Made by a program: the position numbers and the translations under genes. DNA of 64,000 nucleotides from an uncultured delta proteobacterium. Lineage in GTDB: Bacteria; Desulfobacterota; RBG-13-43-22. Below are positions 10,230-22,332 of the stretch, piece after piece (the stretch's first letter is position 1; each line of letters opens with the position of its first letter). The stretch covers positions 448,001-512,000 of the forward strand of contig CAVQFQ010000017.1 of the NCBI GenBank assembly GCA_963711835.1, written 5' to 3'. The notes beneath the pieces are model-generated. The model had not been told where the DNA came from and made no database searches. It saw only the letters and a list, made by a program, of their open reading frames with translations.

Positions 10230-11483
10230 TTACTGACTGGTGATGATAATCGGTAACCAGAGCATGGCCGTGGGGATTAAATAGAGCTCGGCGGTGTCGA
10301 TGTAGGCGCCGTTCGTGGCCCCGCCCCCGGCCACCAGGACCTGGCTGTTGGGCAAAAGAGTAGCCGTGTGGTAAGCCCGCCCGGTAGACATGGAACGCGT
10401 GGCGGTCCAGGTCCCCGTGGCCGGGTTGTAGAGCTCGGCGCTGGTCGGGTCGCTCCCGGTGCCCCCGGCCACCAGGACCTGGCCGTTGGGCAAAAGAGTA
10501 GCCGTGTGGGCAGCCCGCGTGGTGGCCATGGAACCGGTGGCGGCCCAGGTCCCCGTGGCCGGGTCGTAGAGCTCAGCGCTGGCCAGGTAGGGCGCACCAC
10601 CCGCTACCAGGACCTGGCCGTTGGGCAGCAGGGTGGCGGTGTGTAGTTGGACGATAATAACCATGGAGCCGGTAGCGGTCCAGGTTCCGTTGCCGGGTCG
10701 TAGAGCTCGGCTTGGTCCGCAGCGAGGAGCCCGCCCCCGGCCACCAGGACCTGGCCGTTGGCCAGCAGGGTGGCCGTGTGTAGGAGGTGAGCCGTGGCCA
10801 GGGAACCGGTGGCGGTCCAGGTCCCCGTGGCCGGGTCGTAGAGCTCGGCGCTGGCCAGGTAGCCAGCTGGTACATTATAGCCCCCGGCCACCAGGACCTT
10901 GCCGTTGGGCAGCAGGGTGGCCGTGTGGTAGTTCGCGGGCCGTGGTCAGGGAGCCGGTGGCGGTCCAGGTCCCCGTGGCCGGGTCGTAGAGCTCGGCGCT
11001 GGCCAGGACACGACTGGCACGTTACAGCCCCCGGCCACCAGGACCTTGCCGTTGGGCAGCAGGGTGGCCGTGTGACAATGCGCGGGCGGTGGTGAGGGAG
11101 CCGGTGGCGGTCCAGGTCCCCGTGGCCGGGTCGTAGAGCTCGGCGCTGTCCAGGATGCCGTGCTGCCTGATACCAACGCCCCCCGCCACCAGGACCTTGC
11201 CGTTGGGCAGCAGGGTGGCCGTGTGATGGGAGCGACGGCCGGTGGTCAGGGAGCCGGTGGCGGTCCAGGTGTCCGCCGCCCAGGCCGCCCGGGGCAGCAC
11301 CAGGCTCAAGGTCAGGATGAGAAAAAGAGAAAAAGCCAACGCCCCGAGATAGGCCCCGGCAGATCCACGCGTGTGCCACGAGGCGCTCTCGTGGAAGATC
11401 TCTGTGAGCGTCTTCATGACGCCCGAGTTGAAGGCCTCGTAACCCCGTCGCACGGTCTCGGCGTTTTTTTCTGCCTCGTTCAT
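10230..11483 (-). pseudogene. Kelch-repeat (7 blades) exported protein, multiply frameshifted; 5' end resembles a SnoaL/NTF2-like N-terminus
   Basis: Seven approx. 140-bp repeats encoding [16 protein letters not shown]...[17 protein letters not shown], spread over several frames. Confidence 0.75.
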
Positions 11484-11842
11484 GGTGTAGTCCTCCTTTA
11501 GGTTGTGATCGGTGATTGGCGTCTACTCCACGATGTTCTTAGCTTACATTATAAGCTTAAAAATAGAAATAGGGTAAATAGCGTAATTTATGAAGTGAAA
11601 TACTGTATTTTAAGAGGTAGAAGTCAGGGTAACGTAACCCTATGCATTGACTGAGTTTGCAGATAAGAGCTGTTAAGGGTGAACTCCCCTTGAGGCGAAG
11701 TCCTGCGGAAGCTTAAATCCCCAGTGCCTTGTTAACGAGTAGCGTTAGAAATCATTCGGGAATGGCCAAAATTAGAAAACACGATTTCAGGAAGAAGGCA
11801 ATACCCCGAATATGGACCAATCATTGGCCCTAAACAAACAAG

Positions 11843-12196
11843 TTAAAACTTGCCCCAATTCTTACCCAAGTATATCTGGATGCCCTGACCGGGGAAATAG
11901 GCCGGATAAAGATTAACAAACTTTTCGAGGTCCGCTGCATAATTTTCATCGGGGAGGACCCCCACAACCTTGGCCAGGAACAAGAGGGCCAGGGATGGGA
12001 CCCGGGAATCTCCACGATTGCAATGAATCAAAAGGTTTTTCCCATCCTCCCAATGCTGCCGGGCAAATCTTAAAAACTCAGAGAAAAGGGCCGGCATGAA
12101 TAACGGCTCGGAAGGATCGATCATGTTCAGGTAGAGGTTATTGGGGCGATCAAGGACCAAATAATGAGGATGGCTTTTTACCTTCTTTGCCACCAT
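11843..12196 (-). CDS. Dual-specificity/tyrosine phosphatase-like protein (possibly 5'-truncated)
   Basis: LIHCNRGDSR CX5R motif. Confidence 0.65.
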   Translation of the reverse strand: MVAKKVKSHPHYLVLDRPNNLYLNMIDPSEPLFMPALFSEFLRFARQHWEDGKNLLIHCNRGDSRVPSLALLFLAKVVGVLPDENYAADLEKFVNLYPAYFPGQGIQIYLGKNWGKF

Positions 12197-12283
12197 GTCT
12201 GTTGATACGTAAAAAAGATCCTTGACACGATTTTCGTGTTTCCCTCTGTGCGATCTTGGAGAAGGTTAATCATTGTAAAGCCG

Positions 12284-13718
12284 TTACTGAGACGCCACCT
12301 TAATTTGGTCGCTCCCCCCGCCTAATACAGTGTAGAGCCTCACTTGGTTGGCGAGCTTGGCCAAGCGAAGCGCAACCAGCCCCTGCTGTGCCGCATAGAG
12401 AGAACGCAGGGCATCCAGGACGCCCAGGTAGCTGTCAATTCCCCTGGCATAACGTGCAGTGGAAAGGCGGTAGGTTTTAGCAGTCGCCTCTACCAGGGAT
12501 TGTTGCGCCGACAACTGCTGCTCCACCGTGCCCCAAACGGCCAGGGCATCGGCCACTTCCCTGAAGGCCGTCTGAATCGCCTTCTGGTATTGGGCCAGGG
12601 CGATTTCCTTTTCTACTTTCGTGGCCTCCAGGGCCGACCACACCCGGGCATCAAAAATCGGTATTTTGATCTGTGGGGCGAAACTCCAGGTATCCGAACC
12701 GGAGTTAAAAAGCCCGGATAGCTGGCTGCTGGCGGTTCCGACCGAGGCGGTCAGCGATATCCGGGGAAAGAGCGCCGCCCTGGCCGCTCCGATATTGGCG
12801 TTGGCCGCCTTGAGCCGGTGTTCCCCGGCCATAATATCCGGTCGATGAAGGAGCACCTCGGAGGAGAGGCCGGCGGATATTTCTGGAAGAGGCTTAATGC
12901 TGCTCAGGTCCGCCGGCACGAGTCTCACTTGGCCTCGGGAACGAGGAGCCGATCAGGAGGTTCAGGGCGTTTTCATCCTGCGCCGCCAGTTGCCTAAAGC
13001 GGGCCATGTCTCCCCGAGCGGTGTCCACTTGCGTTTGAGCCCGATTGAGATCCAGTTCGGAGGCGAGCCCGACTTCATGGCGTCGTTTGATCAATTCATA
13101 GGCGCCTTTTTGCGTTTCCCAGGTGATTTCCGCCAGCTTGAGATTTTCCCTGTCCGCAGCCAGGGTCAGATAGGCGTTGGCCACCGCGGATACCAGCAGG
13201 ATCTGCGTGCTGCGGCGGGCCTGATCCGTGGCCAGGAACTCTTCCAGCGCCCGATCCTTCAGGCTGCGGATGCGGCCGAAGAAATCGATCTCCCAGGAAC
13301 TGAGGCCCAGATTGACGCTGTACTGCTCCGCGGTCATCGATTGCCCGGTGGTCGAAAGATCAGCCGGCACACGCTGTTTGCTCCCATTGGCGGTCGCATC
13401 GATCATAGGGAACAGTTCAGCCCGTTGGATGCCGTATAAGGCCCGAGCCCGTTCGACATTTAAGGCGGCCAGCCGTAGATCTCGGTTGTTGTCCAGGGCC
13501 GTCGCGATCACTTTTTGCAGGCGATCATCGGTGAAAAATTCCCGCCAGGGTAACTCGTTTGCCGTGGGTGTGCCAGACCGCGCGGGTGTTTCTTTGTAGG
13601 CCGCACCGGTGGGCCAACCGGCAGGGACCGGGGCTTCCGGCCTGGTGTATCGGGGGGCCAGGGTGCAGCCGGTCAGAAAGACGAACATTCCAATCGTTAG
13701 AAGGAGGTTTCTATTCAT
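12284..13718 (-). CDS. OprM/NodT-family RND outer membrane lipoprotein (frameshift near 12930)
   Basis: LTGC lipobox, [39 protein letters not shown]; split over two ORFs. Confidence 0.88.
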
Positions 13719-16700
13719 GGGATTGATCCCCTGATGGATTGATTTCCGCCATCTTAGCCGCTTTCCGCTTTCTGTGCTTGCCAAAGGTCTTCTCGATCAC
13801 CACAAAAAAAAGCGGTACAAATAAGGTTACCAGGAAGGTGGCCGTAATCACTCCCCCAAGCACGGCGGTGCCGATGGCCTTTTGCGCGCCTGCGCCCGCC
13901 CCGCTGGCAAAAGCCAGGGGCAGAACCCCAAATCCGAAGGCCAGTGAGGTCATAATGATGGGACGCATCCTCAGTTTCGAGGCTTCCATTGTCGCTTCGA
14001 TCAGGTCCTCCCCTTCTTCCACCCGTGCCTTGGCAAACTGGACGATCAGGATGGCGTTCTTGGTGGTCAGGCCTAAAGTGGTCAACAGACCAAGCTGGAA
14101 ATAGACATCATTGGGCAACCCCCGAAGCGATGAGGCGATCACGCCCCCGATGACCCCCAGGGGCAGGCCCAACAGGATCGAAATGGGGATGGGCCAGCTC
14201 TCATACAGGGCCGCCAGGCACAGAAAGATCACCAGAATGGAAAAGGCGTAAAGGGGAGCGGCCTGGGCACCGGACTGCCGCTCCTGGTAGGAAAGCCCGG
14301 TCCAGTCAAAGCCGATCCCTTGTGGTAACTTCCTGACAAACCCCTCCATGGCCTGCATCGCTTCACCAGAGCTTCTCCCCGGCGCCGCCTCACCCACGAT
14401 GTTCAGGGAAGGAAAGCCATTGAAGCGCTCCAGTTTCGGAGAGCCGGAAGTCCAGTGCCCAGAGGCAAAAGAGGCGAAGGGGACCATCTTGCCCGTGTTG
14501 TTGCGCAGATAGATTTTTTCCAGATCCCCGGGCAACATGCGGTAGGGAGCGTCGGCCTGGACATAGACCCTCTTGACGCGGCCGCCTTGAATGAAGTCGT
14601 TGATATAGGCGCTGCCGAAGGCCGCCGAGATCGTGTTGTGGATCGAGGTGATGGGCACTCCCAAGGCCCCGGCCTTCTCCCAATCCACGTCAATCCGGTA
14701 TTCAGGGACATCTTCGAGACCGTTGGGCCGGACCTTGGTCAATACCGGGTCCTTTGCCGCCAGGCCGAGAAGCTGGTTGCGGGCTGCCATCAGGTTCCCG
14801 TGGCCCAGACCGCCGCGGTCCAGCAACTGAAAATCAAAACCCTTGGCCTGGCCCAGTTCCACCACCGCTGGCGGCGCGAAGGCAAATACCATGGCGTTGC
14901 GGATCTTGGAAAACTCCCCCATGGCCCTTCCGGCCACGGCGCCAACCTTCAGCTCAGGCCGGTTGCGGAGATCCCAATCCTTGAGCTTGACGAAGGCCAG
15001 GCCCGCGTTCTGGCCCCTGCCGGAAAAGCCTACGCCGGAAACCGTCATGAGGGCTTCGACCGCGTTCTTCTCGTGCCCCAGGAAATGATCCTGGACTCTC
15101 TTCATGACCTTGTCGGTTTGCTCCAGGGTCGAGTTCGCCGGAAGCATGGCCTGAACCATAAGGATTCCCTGGTCTTCATCCGGGAGATAGGCGGTAGGCA
15201 TCCGTTTAAAGAGGAATCCCATCGCCGCCACGATCAGAAGAAATATTACCACGTAGCGGATCTTTTTAGAGAGGGACTGGCCCACAAGTTGTAGATACCG
15301 GTCTCTGGCTCGAAAAAAGATGCGCTCAAACCAGCGGAAAAACGGTCGCAGAAACCAGATCCCTCCTTCCGCCGGCTCGTGCCCCTGGGGCACCGGCTTG
15401 AGAAAGGAGGCGCATAAGACCGGCGTCAGGACCAGGGCCACCACCACCGAAAGAAGCATGGAGGCTATGATGGTCACGGAGAACTGACGGTAGATGACAC
15501 CAGTGGAACCGCTGAAAAAGGCCATAGGCCCGAAGACAGCCGAGAGCACCAGCCCGATGCCGATCAAGGCACTGGTGATCTGGTCCATGGACTTGCGGGT
15601 GGCCTCCTTGGGAGAAAGTCCTTCCTCGCTCATGATTCTTGCTACATTCTCCACCACCACGATGGCGTCGTCCACCAGCAGGCCGATAGCCAACACCATG
15701 GCGAACATAGTCAGCATGTTGATGGAGAAACCGAAAAGCCCCAGCACTGCGAAGGTTCCCAGGATGACCACCGGCACGGCGATGGTCGGGATCAAGGTGG
15801 CCCGCATGTTTCCCAGGAACAGATACATGACCAGGAACACCAGCAGGATCGCCTCGAGCAGGGTCTTGACCACCTCCTTGATGGCCACCTTGACGAAGGG
15901 CGTGGTGTCGTAGGGATAAACGATCTTCATACCGGCGGGGAAGAAATGGCTCATCTCTTCCAACTTGGTTCTAACGGCATCGGCCGTATCCAGGGCATTG
16001 GCGCCGGCCGCCTGACGGATGGCCAGAGCGGCGGAGGGCCGGCCGTTGTAATAGGCTTGGATATCGTAAAGTTCGGTCCCGAGTTCCGTTCGCCCCACAT
16101 CCTTGACCCGGACGATGGATCCATCCGGATTGGTGCGCAGCGGGATCGCGGCAAACTCCTCGGGCGTCTTGAGCAGGCTCTGGACAATGATGGCGGCATT
16201 CAGACGCTGGCCTTTGACCGCCGGCGCCCCGCCGAACTGCCCCGCGGACACCTCCACGTTGTAGGCCCGTAGCGCCGTGATGACGTCTTGAACCGTCATC
16301 TGGAAATCGGTCAGCCGGTCGGGGTTGAGCCAGACTCGCATGGCATACTGGCTGCCGAAGATCTCCACCTCACCCACACCCGGCACCCGCGAAAGCACCT
16401 TCTCGAGATTGGACTGGGCATAGTCCCGCAAATCATTCCCATCCATGCTCTCGTCTTCCGAGATCAGGCCGACGATCAACAGGTAGTTCCGGGTGGATTT
16501 GGCCACCTTGACGCCAGAGCGCTGCACCACCTCCGGCAGGCTGGCCATGGCGAGCTGGAGCTTGTTCTGAACCTGGGCCCAGGCCAGGTCCGGATCGGTC
16601 CCTGGGGCAAAGGTCAGCTCGACGCGGGAAGAACCGGCCGAATCACTGGTCGCCGACAAATACAACATCTTGTCGAATCCGGTCATCTTCTGTTCGATGA

Positions 16701-16893
16701 TCTGCGTCACACTGTTCTCAACGGTCTCCGCCGATGCTCCCGGATAAAAGGAGGTAATGGCAATGGATGGAGGGGCGATGGGAGGATACTGCGAGATGGG
16801 CAGATTGTAGATGGCCAAGCCGCCCCCCACCATCAAGATAATGGCGATGACCCAGGCAAAAACCGGACGGTCAAGAAAAAATCGCGATAACAT
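13711..16893 (-). CDS. RND efflux permease, HAE1 (AcrB/MexB family)
   Basis: [45 protein letters not shown]. Confidence 0.97.
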   Translation of the reverse strand: MLSRFFLDRPVFAWVIAIILMVGGGLAIYNLPISQYPPIAPPSIAITSFYPGASAETVENSVTQIIEQKMTGFDKMLYLSATSDSAGSSRVELTFAPGTDPDLAWAQVQNKLQLAMASLPEVVQRSGVKVAKSTRNYLLIVGLISEDESMDGNDLRDYAQSNLEKVLSRVPGVGEVEIFGSQYAMRVWLNPDRLTDFQMTVQDVITALRAYNVEVSAGQFGGAPAVKGQRLNAAIIVQSLLKTPEEFAAIPLRTNPDGSIVRVKDVGRTELGTELYDIQAYYNGRPSAALAIRQAAGANALDTADAVRTKLEEMSHFFPAGMKIVYPYDTTPFVKVAIKEVVKTLLEAILLVFLVMYLFLGNMRATLIPTIAVPVVILGTFAVLGLFGFSINMLTMFAMVLAIGLLVDDAIVVVENVARIMSEEGLSPKEATRKSMDQITSALIGIGLVLSAVFGPMAFFSGSTGVIYRQFSVTIIASMLLSVVVALVLTPVLCASFLKPVPQGHEPAEGGIWFLRPFFRWFERIFFRARDRYLQLVGQSLSKKIRYVVIFLLIVAAMGFLFKRMPTAYLPDEDQGILMVQAMLPANSTLEQTDKVMKRVQDHFLGHEKNAVEALMTVSGVGFSGRGQNAGLAFVKLKDWDLRNRPELKVGAVAGRAMGEFSKIRNAMVFAFAPPAVVELGQAKGFDFQLLDRGGLGHGNLMAARNQLLGLAAKDPVLTKVRPNGLEDVPEYRIDVDWEKAGALGVPITSIHNTISAAFGSAYINDFIQGGRVKRVYVQADAPYRMLPGDLEKIYLRNNTGKMVPFASFASGHWTSGSPKLERFNGFPSLNIVGEAAPGRSSGEAMQAMEGFVRKLPQGIGFDWTGLSYQERQSGAQAAPLYAFSILVIFLCLAALYESWPIPISILLGLPLGVIGGVIASSLRGLPNDVYFQLGLLTTLGLTTKNAILIVQFAKARVEEGEDLIEATMEASKLRMRPIIMTSLAFGFGVLPLAFASGAGAGAQKAIGTAVLGGVITATFLVTLFVPLFFVVIEKTFGKHRKRKAAKMAEINPSGDQSHE

Positions 16894-16905
16894 AACGCGT
16901 CTCCG

Positions 16906-18117
16906 TCAGTTTGATTTTGGGGCCGGCTGGCCCGTCCTATCAGGCACAGCCCCACCCGTTCCAGTCTCCTTAAAAGGGCCCACCTTTACGGAAGCGCCCG
17001 GCCGCACTTTTTGAAGGCCCTCGACGATCACCTGATCGCCGGGTGTCAGGCCGGAGGTGACCAGCCACTGGTCCTTGATGGCCCGGTCCAGGCCGAGCAT
17101 CCGTTGTCCAACCTTGCCCGCGTTGTCCACAATCAGGGCCACGGGATTCCCCTTGGGATCGCGTGACACAGCCTGCTGGGGAATCAGGATGGCCTGCTCA
17201 TTGACGCCCTCCTTCACCACCGCCCGGACGAACATGCCCGGCAGGAGAATCCGTTGCGGATTGGGAAAGACCACCCGCAGGGTGACCGCCCCGGTGGACT
17301 GATCGACCGTGACATCGCGAAACTGAAGGGTCCCTTCCCGGGGATAGGCTGTGTTATCTTCCAGAATAAGTTTGACCTTTTTCTGGTTTTTCCCATCCTG
17401 GTTCAGGCGGCCGCCTTCCAGTCGCTGCTTCAATCGCAACAGCTCGGAGGTGGATTGGGGAACATCCACGTATATGGGGTCAAGTTGTTGAATCGTCGCC
17501 AGGGGAGAGGGTTGATGCGCCGTCACCAGCGCCCCCTCCGTCACATTGGATTTTCCGATAAGACCGGTGACGGGGGCGATGATGCTGGCGTATCCCAGAT
17601 TGATGCGGGCCGACTCCAACGTTGCTTTCCCAACCTGGATATCGGCTTCAGCCTGTTTCAGAGCGGCGGCGGCATCATCAACGTCCTGCTGACTGACCGC
17701 CTTATCAAGGATCAATTCTCTTAAACGTTCGGCCCTCAACCGGGTCGCCGGCAGATTGGCCTCGGCCCTGCTGAGGACGGCTTTGGCATTGTCAAGGGCC
17801 GCCTGAAAGGGGGCGGGATCGATTTGATAAAGCACTTGACCGGCCTTGACTTCCGAACCTTCGGTAAAGAGGCGTTTGAGTATGAGACCGTTGACCTGGG
17901 GGCGTATTTCCGCCACCCGATAAGCCGATGTGCGGCCCGGCAGTTCGGTGGTCAGCACGATGGACTGCCGGGCTGCCTTGACCGTGGCCACCTCCGGGAT
18001 TGGGGGCGGAGGGGTTGGGGGTTTGCGTTCGCACCCGACCAGGAAGAGGCCAATGAAGGCAGCCGCCAGAGCCAGACCACCAACTTGTAATTCAGCGATA
18101 TTTTTAAGAAGTTGCAT
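16906..18117 (-). CDS. RND periplasmic adaptor (AcrA/MexA family)
   Basis: ELPGRTSAYRVAEIRPQVNG, LLPGMFVRA. Confidence 0.95.
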   Translation of the reverse strand: MQLLKNIAELQVGGLALAAAFIGLFLVGCERKPPTPPPPIPEVATVKAARQSIVLTTELPGRTSAYRVAEIRPQVNGLILKRLFTEGSEVKAGQVLYQIDPAPFQAALDNAKAVLSRAEANLPATRLRAERLRELILDKAVSQQDVDDAAAALKQAEADIQVGKATLESARINLGYASIIAPVTGLIGKSNVTEGALVTAHQPSPLATIQQLDPIYVDVPQSTSELLRLKQRLEGGRLNQDGKNQKKVKLILEDNTAYPREGTLQFRDVTVDQSTGAVTLRVVFPNPQRILLPGMFVRAVVKEGVNEQAILIPQQAVSRDPKGNPVALIVDNAGKVGQRMLGLDRAIKDQWLVTSGLTPGDQVIVEGLQKVRPGASVKVGPFKETGTGGAVPDRTGQPAPKSN

Positions 18118-18179
18118 TAAAAAAACCTCCAGGAAAGAATGATGGGATCGGAGCGATTCCGCAACGTGTCGAAATTGAT

Positions 18180-18803
18180 TTACTGCGCCACCAATCCATT
18201 GAAGATAATGTTCAGGATCACGTCAGGATCCTCAGGGTAAGGATGCCGATCAGGCGAATCCAACCACAGAAATAGAAAGGTCCTGGTGATGCTGTCAAGG
18301 GCGACCGCTAAAAGGTAGGGGTCTGCGATTTTTTTGAATCGTTTTTTTTTAATCCCGCTGGCAAAAACGGCCGCGAGCGTTTGGATGTTCTTTTTCTGTA
18401 TCTCACGGATTTCGGCATCAAGCCCCGCCCTGAGATTGAAGCTCGTTACCTGGGCCTCAACTAAAAAGAGGCGAATCGCTGCAAGGTTGGCCCGAAAAAC
18501 TTCGCCTTTGACCTTGACATAGTTTCGGAGTTTTCCGATTTCGTCATCCCTGGCTTTAATCGCTTCCTGGAGCGCTGCTTGGAATTTATCGGCCAGATCG
18601 AGAATAAGTGTTTGATAGAGATCTTCTTTATTTTTAAAGAATTTGTAGAGCGTGCCGATGGCGAATTCGGACTCCTGGGCGATCTCGCTCATCGAGACGT
18701 TGTAGTATCCCTTTTCCGAGAAAAGATCGAGCGCGGCGGCCAGCATCTCTTGGCGTTGCCTGACCTTTTCTCTTTCCCGCCTGGGAAGTTTCCCCTCTTC
18801 CAT
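18180..18803 (-). CDS. TetR/AcrR family regulator
   Basis: N-terminal HTH ...IGTLYKFFKNKEDL; heads the RND operon. Confidence 0.93.
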   Translation of the reverse strand: MEEGKLPRREREKVRQRQEMLAAALDLFSEKGYYNVSMSEIAQESEFAIGTLYKFFKNKEDLYQTLILDLADKFQAALQEAIKARDDEIGKLRNYVKVKGEVFRANLAAIRLFLVEAQVTSFNLRAGLDAEIREIQKKNIQTLAAVFASGIKKKRFKKIADPYLLAVALDSITRTFLFLWLDSPDRHPYPEDPDVILNIIFNGLVAQ

Positions 18804-19017
18804 TCTTTGGCTCCTAAAATTGAACGTGGTGTCATAATTTAAAATATTAATTCACCTTGTCAAGCAAAATCGAGGCTGGGATTTTCCGATTGAAAGTGAT
18901 TTTAGCGTGCCCCAGCCTATAATACCAAACTTGACCCAATTCGAATACTGATAGACTCCCATAGTTATAAGGCAGAACAGGAGCATGAAATCTCGCGAGG
19001 AATGCTCTCGGCGACGC

Positions 19018-20262
19018 CTATGGGTTCTTTACCCGACAAGCCAAAGGAGAAGTTCTTATCGGCAGACAGGCATTGCAGGAAATACACTCGGCTTTGTCTG
19101 GTCCCTCCCCGGATCGCCAGAGGACGGGGAGGTCCGGCTGGCGGATAAGGGGCCTGGACATTGAGACGAAATCCGCCGCCTTGGCACTCAAGACTTCTTC
19201 TATTTTACTGAACGACCGTAAACCTCCCACTAAGATGACCGCCGCATTCGTCTTTTCTTTGAGTGCTTTCGCACCCGGGAGGAAATAGGCTTCTTGATCA
19301 TAGGTTTTAATGCCGGTCCGAGATTCGGCCAAGAGCACAGGAGGCCACCCCAGTTCCTCTTTCGGGCGGGTGCAAGATTCCCACATGCCTCCGCTGGCCT
19401 CAATGGCCGCGAACCCTACCTCGCCTAAAATCTTTCCCACCTGGACCGCTTCGTTGAGGTCGGGGCCCCCAGGAAGGAAGTCAGTCGTGTTGAATTTAAT
19501 CAGAATGGGGAAACGCTCGCCGACCTTTTTTCTGGCTCGCTGGTAGATGTCCTTGACGATTCTGGTCCGATTCTCAGTGGATCCGCCATATTGATCCTCG
19601 CGCTGATTAGTCCGCGGTGACAAGAAGGAACTCAGAAGCCAGCCGTGAGCAGCATGAAGCTGAACCCCGTCGAAACCAGCCTCTTGGGCCCGCCGTGCGC
19701 CTTCGGCAAAGGCCTCGATGATTTCCTCAATTTCGTCTTGGGTCAACGCCCTCGGCGTCCGATCGAAGGTTGCGTCGTAGACCGCGGAAGGGGCGGTTGG
19801 CTCTACCTCATGGATGGCTTCCGCAGGGGGTGCCATGAGCTCAGGATGCTTTTGAATATAGGCGACCATGGCCGGCGGAAGCAGGGGGAATATTTTAGCA
19901 GTGTTTTCTCGATGAATGACCTGTCTTCCGGGATGATTCAATTGGATCATCACCCTGCAGTCCGGCGCAGCTTCCCGCACTGCCTGTGGGATTTTTTTGA
20001 GACTCTGAATAAAAGAATCGTTATCCGCTCGCATTAAGAGATGGGGCGCCAGCGCCTTGGAGTATACGCCGGCAGCGCCGGTGATTATCAGACCCACACC
20101 CCCTTTGGACAAAGTGCGATAAAGGTCCACTAAAAAATCCGATACCTCACCTTTGCTTGTGGCTGCATTCTCGTACGTGGCCGAACGGACTAAACGGTTT
20201 TTGATTTCGAGATGTCCAATGCGTGCCGGATTAAAGACTATCGAATCTTCCCTGATAGCCAT
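19018..20262 (-). CDS. NADH:flavin oxidoreductase (old yellow enzyme family)
   Basis: KNRLVRSAT, AGFDGVQLHAAHGWLLSSFLSP..N.R.D.YGGS, C-terminal CISCNAC. Confidence 0.92.
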   Translation of the reverse strand: MAIREDSIVFNPARIGHLEIKNRLVRSATYENAATSKGEVSDFLVDLYRTLSKGGVGLIITGAAGVYSKALAPHLLMRADNDSFIQSLKKIPQAVREAAPDCRVMIQLNHPGRQVIHRENTAKIFPLLPPAMVAYIQKHPELMAPPAEAIHEVEPTAPSAVYDATFDRTPRALTQDEIEEIIEAFAEGARRAQEAGFDGVQLHAAHGWLLSSFLSPRTNQREDQYGGSTENRTRIVKDIYQRARKKVGERFPILIKFNTTDFLPGGPDLNEAVQVGKILGEVGFAAIEASGGMWESCTRPKEELGWPPVLLAESRTGIKTYDQEAYFLPGAKALKEKTNAAVILVGGLRSFSKIEEVLSAKAADFVSMSRPLIRQPDLPVLWRSGEGPDKAECISCNACLPIRTSPLACRVKNP

Positions 20263-20433
20263 ATCTCCTCCTTTGCAGTTATCATCTTTTGGGAAAAAGA
20301 ACTCCTTGATATCCCTTAGAAATATTTCTCGTCGACCCCAATTACCCCCTTCACCTACTACTCTTTACTAAGGGCTCTCCTCTGTTCCCGTTAACCTGTA
20401 GATAGCCATAACGGTGGGTCTTTTTAGCCATCC

Positions 20434-21219
20434 TTATGGAAGGAATATTTGTCGTACGTACAGGGGAATGACGCCGACCGCTATAAGCTGCTCAGTCCCG
20501 TCGAACAGCTTGCTCAGTTCAGGCACGGCCACACGGAATTGGTAATTTTTCACCCGGCCTATACCGGCGGGGACGCTCTTGACGATGTCCGTAGCCGTAT
20601 CTGTACGGTAGATACGGAAAAAGCTCGGCTCCGCAGATGAATATACTTTTTGTTCCGACCTAGCCCGTAAAGGGAGGGCCTGCTGGTATTGCACCCGCAG
20701 CTCAATGACCCCCCCGCGAGTATCTCGTACTTCCCAGAAGTCTTCGCCTACCCCAGATTCAAGGTTAGCCATTTTATACGTCTGCTCCCTTCGGATGGTG
20801 GCCCCGACATATTTTTTATATGGGCCCGGGACATTAGTTATGTCGGCCATGAAACCACCGATGATTACGGTGGCCATCTCACCGGTTTGCGTATGCTTTG
20901 CGGGAACTGCGAACGGCACTACCCGATTGACTCCCCCCATATCCGGCTTTCCTTGAGCATCCTGGACGAGAAACGAATCAATAAAGAGGACGAATAAGTT
21001 GGCCTCCTTGAGCGGACCTCCTGGGATCGGCGTTACCTGCCATGGAGGCGGCACCAGCTTCTGAATTTCCGCTTGCCCCACACGCAGGGCTACCATGAGT
21101 CTGGTTTCCACGGTCGATTGGACAAGGGTCTCTGCCCCCGACTGAACGGTAGACCCAAAAACCCAGGCCGAGGCCATTAAAATACCGATGAGAACCCACA
21201 TTGACTTTTTTGTGGCCAT
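20434..21219 (-). CDS. Hypothetical exported protein
   Basis: 261-aa ORF with signal peptide and AAGGAGG RBS. Confidence 0.7.
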   Translation of the reverse strand: MATKKSMWVLIGILMASAWVFGSTVQSGAETLVQSTVETRLMVALRVGQAEIQKLVPPPWQVTPIPGGPLKEANLFVLFIDSFLVQDAQGKPDMGGVNRVVPFAVPAKHTQTGEMATVIIGGFMADITNVPGPYKKYVGATIRREQTYKMANLESGVGEDFWEVRDTRGGVIELRVQYQQALPLRARSEQKVYSSAEPSFFRIYRTDTATDIVKSVPAGIGRVKNYQFRVAVPELSKLFDGTEQLIAVGVIPLYVRQIFLP

Positions 21220-21440
21220 GGTCGTTTCCTCCTTTTTAGTTTTAAAAAATTAGTTGGGTTTTATAAAGAAAGAGCAATTCAAGAAAGGCAGAAAAGAAAG
21301 GCTCCGAAGAGAACCTCTTAACCGCATTGCTCCTGTTCAGGGATGGGGCTCCTTGGTCCCAAAAGGGAGGGGAGAGGGCAGGTAAGGAAACCCTCGCTGC
21401 CCCAACGATCTCCTTTAGATTTAATCCTTATGAATCCTGA

Positions 21441-22332
21441 TCAGATGAGCGTGTCTTCCTGCCAGCCGAGTTTGATAATCTCGATCCGGTTCAGATCGCT
21501 CGGGCCGAGCCGGTATTTCTTGTCGGCCACGACAATGTGAATGGGCTGGACATCCAATTCCCTGTCTTCCCCGAAAAAGGCGACCCTTTTCCTCCGCAGG
21601 AGTTCGGCCCCGACGGCATCCACGGAAACCGGATCCAACCCTACGATCAAGCCCTGATAGGGCCAGAGGTAGCGCCGGTCGATGGAATGCGGGCCTCTCC
21701 CATAAAACTGCGGGGTTAGGGCCACCAGGATGTTCAACCGGGTCTTTGCCTTTTACCAGCGGAAGGGTCCATATCTTTCCCAGATCGGCACAGGCCTCGC
21801 CGTGGTAGGCCGATGGGGAGGGGACGAACATGATGTAATTTTTGAGGCAGGTTCCGACCCCTGACCAGTGGTGGGTTCGCACCGAGCGCACATTCACCAA
21901 GGCCGTGGATTTCAGAAATATGGGGTTGTTGAGTACACCGCGATCATCCACGGCCAGGGCGGTATCAGAGATCCCGACCTCGAGGAGTCGACGGCGGATG
22001 GCCTCCTCCATTTCTACCGGGGTGGCCAGGTGACGCCAGACGTTGCTCTTGATGCCCACCACATCCGACTTTTTAAACAGCCTTTGCCAGGCCTGCAACG
22101 GTGTTTTCTCTCCGACAAGGGCCTGGACGGCCTCATCAAGCATGGTCTGAAGGATGGTGCCGTTCGGCTTGCCCTCCGGACCCAGCACCTTGGAATTACG
22201 GATAAGAACAACCCTGGCCCGGTCCTCCACACCCGCTTCGGACCGGGTCGATGCGCCGAGGCCCATAGTCATTACTAACCCGGCAGTTCCCCGTAAAAAA
22301 TCACGTCGAGTTACGACAAATCGTTTTTTCAT
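21441..22332 (-). CDS. DUF362-like Tat-exported protein (frameshift near 21750)
   Basis: TRRDFL Tat motif, VGIKSN, RTHHWSGVGTCLKN, DPVSVDAVG; split over two ORFs. Confidence 0.75.

Noticed and set aside
10230-11280. CRISPR array or DGR suggested by repeats with variable inserts
   Set aside because: The repeats encode Kelch blades; there are no cas genes or reverse transcriptase in the window.
11620-11760. Possible structured RNA, riboswitch or group II intron fragment
   Set aside because: Short hairpins only; no family consensus could be matched by eye. An Rfam/Infernal search would be needed.
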